Shown one piece after another: positions 59,886-64,000 of a DNA stretch of 64,000 bases (position 1 is the first letter of the stretch; the number at the start of each line of letters is the position of its first letter). The notes under the pieces are model-generated. The model had not been told where the DNA came from, did no database searches, and saw nothing but the letters and a program-made list of their open reading frames with translations. Source of the stretch: an uncultured Thermoprotei archaeon (lineage in GTDB: Archaea; Thermoproteota; Thermoprotei; Thermofilales; B15-G2); the NCBI GenBank assembly GCA_965367815.1, contig CBDUKN010000011.1:14180-78179 (forward strand), given 5' to 3'. A program made the translations under genes and the position numbers.

Positions 59886-61052
59886 CTAAAAGACTTTTAG
59901 TCTTCCTCGTTCGAGGAGGAGTCTTAAATCAGCGTTGACTATATTGTATCCTGCTAATATTACTAACATATTAGCTATGTCAGATGCAAGAATCTTCGTA
60001 AGCTCGGAGGAAGTGAGGCCTGGTAGTCTTATATCTAGTGTTTCGGCAGCTTCGCAAGCTATGTCTATTAAGGGAAAACCATAGGGATGTTGAAAGACTT
60101 CTCTTAGTAAACTTTTTAATCTTCTTATGACATAGCGGTATGCTTTAAAGGGGGGCTCGAGTTCTAAGTAAATGTAGTCGAAGTCCTCCCCTCTATTCTC
60201 TTCAAGTGCCTTTTTTATGTATATCCCTGCGAGCGTTATCCTCACCGCCGGGATTTCCTCTTTTCCTGGGGCCCTTTTCTTCCACGTCTTTCTCCTCAAG
60301 TACTCGTACGAAGCTAAATGTCCATATGCGTCTATGCCTAAAGCCCCCATGCCCATAATAAAATCTATTAAACGGGCAGCCCAAGACGATATTACCTTAC
60401 TAGCACTGAGAATAGGTTTTTTGGTCTTTGGGGACTTCTTCTTGACCCCCCTAACTAGGGAAAGGTATTCTTCAAGTCCTAGAAAAAATGATGGGATAAG
60501 GAACCTTTGTATAGAGTATAGTGAAAGCCACTTGTACCTATTCGCGAGCACGGCGAGTACTTTTTCAACAGTTCTTGTGCCGACAATATCTATAGATTCA
60601 AGAGCTACTTCCACACCCTGCTCCTTAGATAGCCTCTTCAGGGCGCTAAAAACTCCTGGAGAAAAGCTGTGTATCTTAACTTCCCCTGAAGATACTAGAA
60701 GTGAGGCTAACGTGTGGTAATAGTCTACAAGATCCAGCGGTTTTCTAGGCCACGATTCCTTAATCTTTTCCGCTTCGTCATACAATTTAGAGCTGGGGTC
60801 TAAGGTCACCTTCCCACGTAATAGTAAATACAGTGTAAGAGTCACCTGAACCTCAGCAGGAGTAGCTAGGACAAAGTCTGGGAGTATTTTTCTGAAGTAT
60901 TCGTCTAGTCCTTTTTCATACGTCCTTGGGCTCCACTCCTTTATTTTTAAATAATGTCTATAGAACTTAATGTAGTTAGTGCCCTTATCTATCAAAAAGG
61001 GTGTGAAGTACAACCTTAGTATAGATTCTGCGAGTTTATTTTTGCTAGTCAC
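59886..61052 (-). CDS. Uncharacterised 388-aa protein coupled to the upstream ATPase
   Basis: GTG start overlaps the ATPase stop; AGGTGA RBS; no recognised motif. Confidence 0.75.
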   Translation of the reverse strand: MTSKNKLAESILRLYFTPFLIDKGTNYIKFYRHYLKIKEWSPRTYEKGLDEYFRKILPDFVLATPAEVQVTLTLYLLLRGKVTLDPSSKLYDEAEKIKESWPRKPLDLVDYYHTLASLLVSSGEVKIHSFSPGVFSALKRLSKEQGVEVALESIDIVGTRTVEKVLAVLANRYKWLSLYSIQRFLIPSFFLGLEEYLSLVRGVKKKSPKTKKPILSASKVISSWAARLIDFIMGMGALGIDAYGHLASYEYLRRKTWKKRAPGKEEIPAVRITLAGIYIKKALEENRGEDFDYIYLELEPPFKAYRYVIRRLKSLLREVFQHPYGFPLIDIACEAAETLDIRLPGLTSSELTKILASDIANMLVILAGYNIVNADLRLLLERGRLKVF

Positions 61053-62628
61053 TTTTAATCACCTTTAATGTTGCTTCTTCTACTCTTGATAAAGCGGAAG
61101 CGTAGAAAAAGCGTTCATCATCTGAGAGATACCTCGCGTAGTCTGCCCCCTGTGCTGCTCTCGCTTTAAACACAGAGAACAGTTCATCTTCGTTTAATAT
61201 TACCTGTTCATAATTGAATGGTATAGCCGCAGCGAACGCTGATTTAACATTAAGAGGAAGTATACACACTACATTAACTTTCTCGGCGCGCCTCTTCTTA
61301 GTGTTTTTAGTTTCTGGCGTAGGAGATAAAATTCTCTCAATCCAAGAGACCGACTCCTTAGTAAGTCCAGTGAGCCTTAGCCAATACGATATTGTCGTCC
61401 CGTCGACTACAAGGTCATGGATCACAAATCCCCTGCGTTCGGATCTGAGTAGAGGCCCCCGTACACTATAGCCCTTGTTTGAGAGATTCCTGGAAAGAGC
61501 GGAAAGCAGTGTGAAAAGAGCCCTGCTCCAATCCTCAACGCTTGAGGGAGCGTAGTTGCCGAAGTATATTTCTCGTTCCTCGAAGGACATTTTCTCAGCA
61601 GTTATATTGATAGCAGTCTTCACTGCATGCGCAATATCACTTGGCTCGACGTTTGAAAGAGCGTCCCTAACTCCTTTTATATCTGAGGCGTCCTTAACCA
61701 AAAGGGCAGCTAGAGTAGACACAAGGTCTGTCACTCTTAAGACTCTGCTTCTCGAGGTGCCCCTTCTGGCGACTAAGCCAAGATATTTTCTGAAGCTCCT
61801 TACATAGCGAATGGCTTTCCTGACAGAGGGAGGTGCCCCTAGCCTCCTCAAGCATTCAACAGCTAAACGTTCCAGTTCTCCTAATCCTAGACTATCCATG
61901 ACCCTGAACTCAGAGTACGCGTAGACTCTCCTCATGAACGGGTCGTCCTCTTCAAGTCTTCTCCTTATTAGTAGGTAAGGTCTAGGCCCGTATGCAGTGG
62001 GAGTGTCAGGTACTAAAACGATTATTTTAAGGAAGGGGAGTCCGTCGTCGTGGAGCCTTCTTGCGACCCTTGCGAGATTAATCAGTATTTCTTCGTAGCC
62101 TTCCCCTCCCAATATTTCGTCGGACTCATCTAATACTACGAAATAATTTTTCCGCCCGAGTCCTTGTAATATCTGCTTTAAGCCTTCCTCCAAGTCATCT
62201 ACTTCTGCTGTCTCTTGGAGAGTTGATAGAACAGCTGTAGTCTCAGGTAGTTCTCTCTTCACTCCCATAGGATTGATTATAGTTCTATTGATTATCTTCT
62301 CAAGTTCCTGGGGTGAGGGTAGCCGTCTCCCCTCGAATAGATCTCGCAGTAACCCGAGTCTTATATAGGTGGCAGAGAAGGCCTTTGTTCTCATTGATGT
62401 GTGGTAAAACAGTGCACCAAAGGAACTCTTTCCTACGCCATACGCCCCCTCTATTACAAAAAACCCTTTGTCAAGCCACCTAAGTACATCGTGGAAGAGA
62501 GGGGTGTCCACTATTAGTGGGGGCTCAGGGGGTTTTTCTAGAAAACGGTAACTTACGATAAGCTTTTTTAAGTACTCCGAGACCATATAGTATACAGCGT
62601 CATTTTTTTCAAGTCCTTCAAGACTCAT
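61045..62628 (-). CDS. Uncharacterised P-loop (AAA+/STAND-like) ATPase
   Basis: Walker A GAYGVGKS, Walker B YFVVLDE, long unknown C-terminal region. Confidence 0.8.
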   Translation of the reverse strand: MSLEGLEKNDAVYYMVSEYLKKLIVSYRFLEKPPEPPLIVDTPLFHDVLRWLDKGFFVIEGAYGVGKSSFGALFYHTSMRTKAFSATYIRLGLLRDLFEGRRLPSPQELEKIINRTIINPMGVKRELPETTAVLSTLQETAEVDDLEEGLKQILQGLGRKNYFVVLDESDEILGGEGYEEILINLARVARRLHDDGLPFLKIIVLVPDTPTAYGPRPYLLIRRRLEEDDPFMRRVYAYSEFRVMDSLGLGELERLAVECLRRLGAPPSVRKAIRYVRSFRKYLGLVARRGTSRSRVLRVTDLVSTLAALLVKDASDIKGVRDALSNVEPSDIAHAVKTAINITAEKMSFEEREIYFGNYAPSSVEDWSRALFTLLSALSRNLSNKGYSVRGPLLRSERRGFVIHDLVVDGTTISYWLRLTGLTKESVSWIERILSPTPETKNTKKRRAEKVNVVCILPLNVKSAFAAAIPFNYEQVILNEDELFSVFKARAAQGADYARYLSDDERFFYASALSRVEEATLKVIKSD

Positions 62629-62762
62629 AAAGGTCTCGTCTTATTTATTACTTAGTATTATTTAAACCTTTCGCCCCGAAGCTCCTGGTTAGTTTTACAG
62701 GTAGTAAGGTGTTGTACAGTTAAAATAGCGCAGACTACTAAGAATGAAAAAATAGAATTTGA

Positions 62763-63491
62763 TTAAGTGACGCCGAGCAGAATGTCTTCTACTGTGTTGA
62801 AGCCTCTTTTCTTTAGTTCGTCGACGAGCTCGTCTACTTTCTTTTCTATGAGCTCGAAGATGTCTACTCCGCCTGTCTTCTTTCTGAGCTCCTCTATCAG
62901 CTTTATGTAGTAGTCTTCTGAGCCTAATAGCTCTTTGATGGCCTCCCTCCCGACCCTCAAGTACTTCTCTGGGGGGAGCTTCTCCGCCCGCAGTGTGCTC
63001 TCTATTACGCTGAACGCCGCTTTACCATAAGTGATCACGAGTAGGGGTCTGAAGCCGTGGCCTTCGGCCTCCCGGGCTTTCTGCGCGAAATACCTTACTT
63101 GGTCGGCGTCCATATCGGCCGGCCCGCTCTTAATTGAGATGACTATTTTTTCCTGCGGTACTACTACGTCCCACCACTCTATCCACTGCCCGTAGAGTTT
63201 CTTCGCTTGTTTACCTGAGATGCCCCCAGCGAACGCCCGGAACACTTTCTCTATGACGTTGCCGAAGGACGTCCCCAGAGACCTCTCGACCCTCCTGTAG
63301 ACGAAAAGCCTTACGACTTCCTTGAGGTCTTTTAGCCCCAATGAGGCGACAATATAGGGGTTTATACCGCCCTCCTCGAGCAAGTTTTCTACAGATATTT
63401 TCTCGACGAGCTCCTTTGCCCTCCTAGAGAAGTCTAGCAGGTACTTCAGCCCTGCCCTGAGCTTTTGTTCGGGGGAAGGGGGCACGAGCAT
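62763..63491 (-). CDS. Type II restriction endonuclease-like protein (PmeII/EcoO109I-like)
   Basis: INPY, ERSLGTSFGNVIE, WD, ISIKSGP..MD..Q, YG motifs. Confidence 0.75.
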   Translation of the reverse strand: MLVPPSPEQKLRAGLKYLLDFSRRAKELVEKISVENLLEEGGINPYIVASLGLKDLKEVVRLFVYRRVERSLGTSFGNVIEKVFRAFAGGISGKQAKKLYGQWIEWWDVVVPQEKIVISIKSGPADMDADQVRYFAQKAREAEGHGFRPLLVITYGKAAFSVIESTLRAEKLPPEKYLRVGREAIKELLGSEDYYIKLIEELRKKTGGVDIFELIEKKVDELVDELKKRGFNTVEDILLGVT

Positions 63492-63672
63492 ATGTATCTC
63501 CCGAGGCCTCTACAGATACTTATATTCCGTATGGGATATAAACCTTAATAAAAGGTGCCTAACTAGACATGCTATCCTATACTGGTGTGCAGCTAGTGCC
63601 TTAAGGCCTGTAGATAGGGCGGTTTTGTGAACGTAAGGTTAAAAAGGGTAGCATGTAAAAGTACATGTAGAG

Positions 63673-63855
63673 GTGCATGCTGTGGAGAGGGAGCTCGGGA
63701 GGACTAGGGTGTGGGGCAGGTGGTACACCACTATACCCGTGACTGTCCGCCGTGTACTCGGGCTGAAGCCCGGCGACGAGATAGAGTGGATCCTGACCGA
63801 GCAGGGCATCGTCGTAAGGAAGGCTCAGGTGAGAGGAGATGACGGCGGGGTATAA
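63673..63855 (+). CDS. AbrB/MazE/SpoVT-family DNA-binding protein
   Basis: TTIPVTVRRVLGLKPGDEIEW...IVVRK. Confidence 0.88.
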   Translation: MHAVERELGRTRVWGRWYTTIPVTVRRVLGLKPGDEIEWILTEQGIVVRKAQVRGDDGGV

Positions 63856-63928
63856 GGAACTAAAGGTAAGGGCCTGGAGGTTCACCAAGAAATTCGACGG
63901 CAGGCCCGGCTTTGGCCTAGGGGACGCC
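63839..63928 (+). CDS. Partial ORF coupled to the AbrB gene (truncated)
   Basis: GAGGAG RBS then MTAGYKELKVRAWRFTKKFDGRPGFGLGDA, cut by the adapter. Confidence 0.55.
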
Positions 63929-64000
63929 CTGTCTCTTATACACATCTGACGCTGCCGACGAATTAGACGGTGTAGATCTCGGTGGTCGCCGTATCATTAA
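63929..64000 (+). other. Illumina Nextera adapter read-through (artefact)
   Basis: CTGTCTCTTATACACATCT-GACGCTGCCGACGA-index ATTAGACG-GTGTAGATCTCGGTGGTCGCCGTATCATT. Confidence 0.99.

Larger units (their letters stand above)
59479..63928. mobile_element. Left end of a tRNA-Thr-targeted integrated element / genomic island (truncated by contig end)
   Basis: tRNA 3' duplicate at the border; visibly higher GC; cargo of REase-like, ATPase and AbrB genes; no integrase in view. Confidence 0.65.

Noticed and set aside
63601-63945. 114-aa minus-strand ORF starting MCIRDR
   Set aside because: It starts inside the Nextera adapter and is antisense to the AbrB gene
63929-63947. Tn5 mosaic end as a real transposon terminus
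   Set aside because: It is followed by an index and P5 sequence, so it is a library artefact
1-64000. CRISPR array, rRNA genes, IS transposases, integrase
   Set aside because: No regularly spaced 24-40 nt repeats, rRNA-length GC-rich tracts or transposase/integrase motifs were seen

Overview
Archaeal chromosomal segment, AT-rich and gene-dense, most consistent with a Thermoproteota (Thermoprotei, Thermofilales-like) metagenomic contig: intron-containing tRNAs, aCPSF1, Csl4, Rpo4/Rpo11, SRP54, thermosome and an HMf-type histone. Most of 4-55 kb is housekeeping: two four-subunit 2-oxoacid:ferredoxin oxidoreductase operons plus translation, RNA-processing and proteostasis genes. Non-coding features absent from the ORF track include a probable replication origin (three ORB boxes, an AT-rich unwinding tract and a TCTAC repeat array at 2.8-3.3 kb, with no cdc6/orc1 in the window), up to seven box C/D sRNA candidates, three intact tRNAs (two with BHB introns) and a 3' tRNA-Thr remnant. 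The remnant marks the border of a GC-richer integrated element (59.5-63.9 kb) carrying a box C/D RNA, an uncharacterised protein plus P-loop ATPase pair, a restriction-endonuclease-like gene and an AbrB gene. The other stand-out is a wHTH + ATP-cone + class III ribonucleotide-reductase-like protein that has lost its catalytic residues. The last 72 nt are Illumina Nextera adapter.
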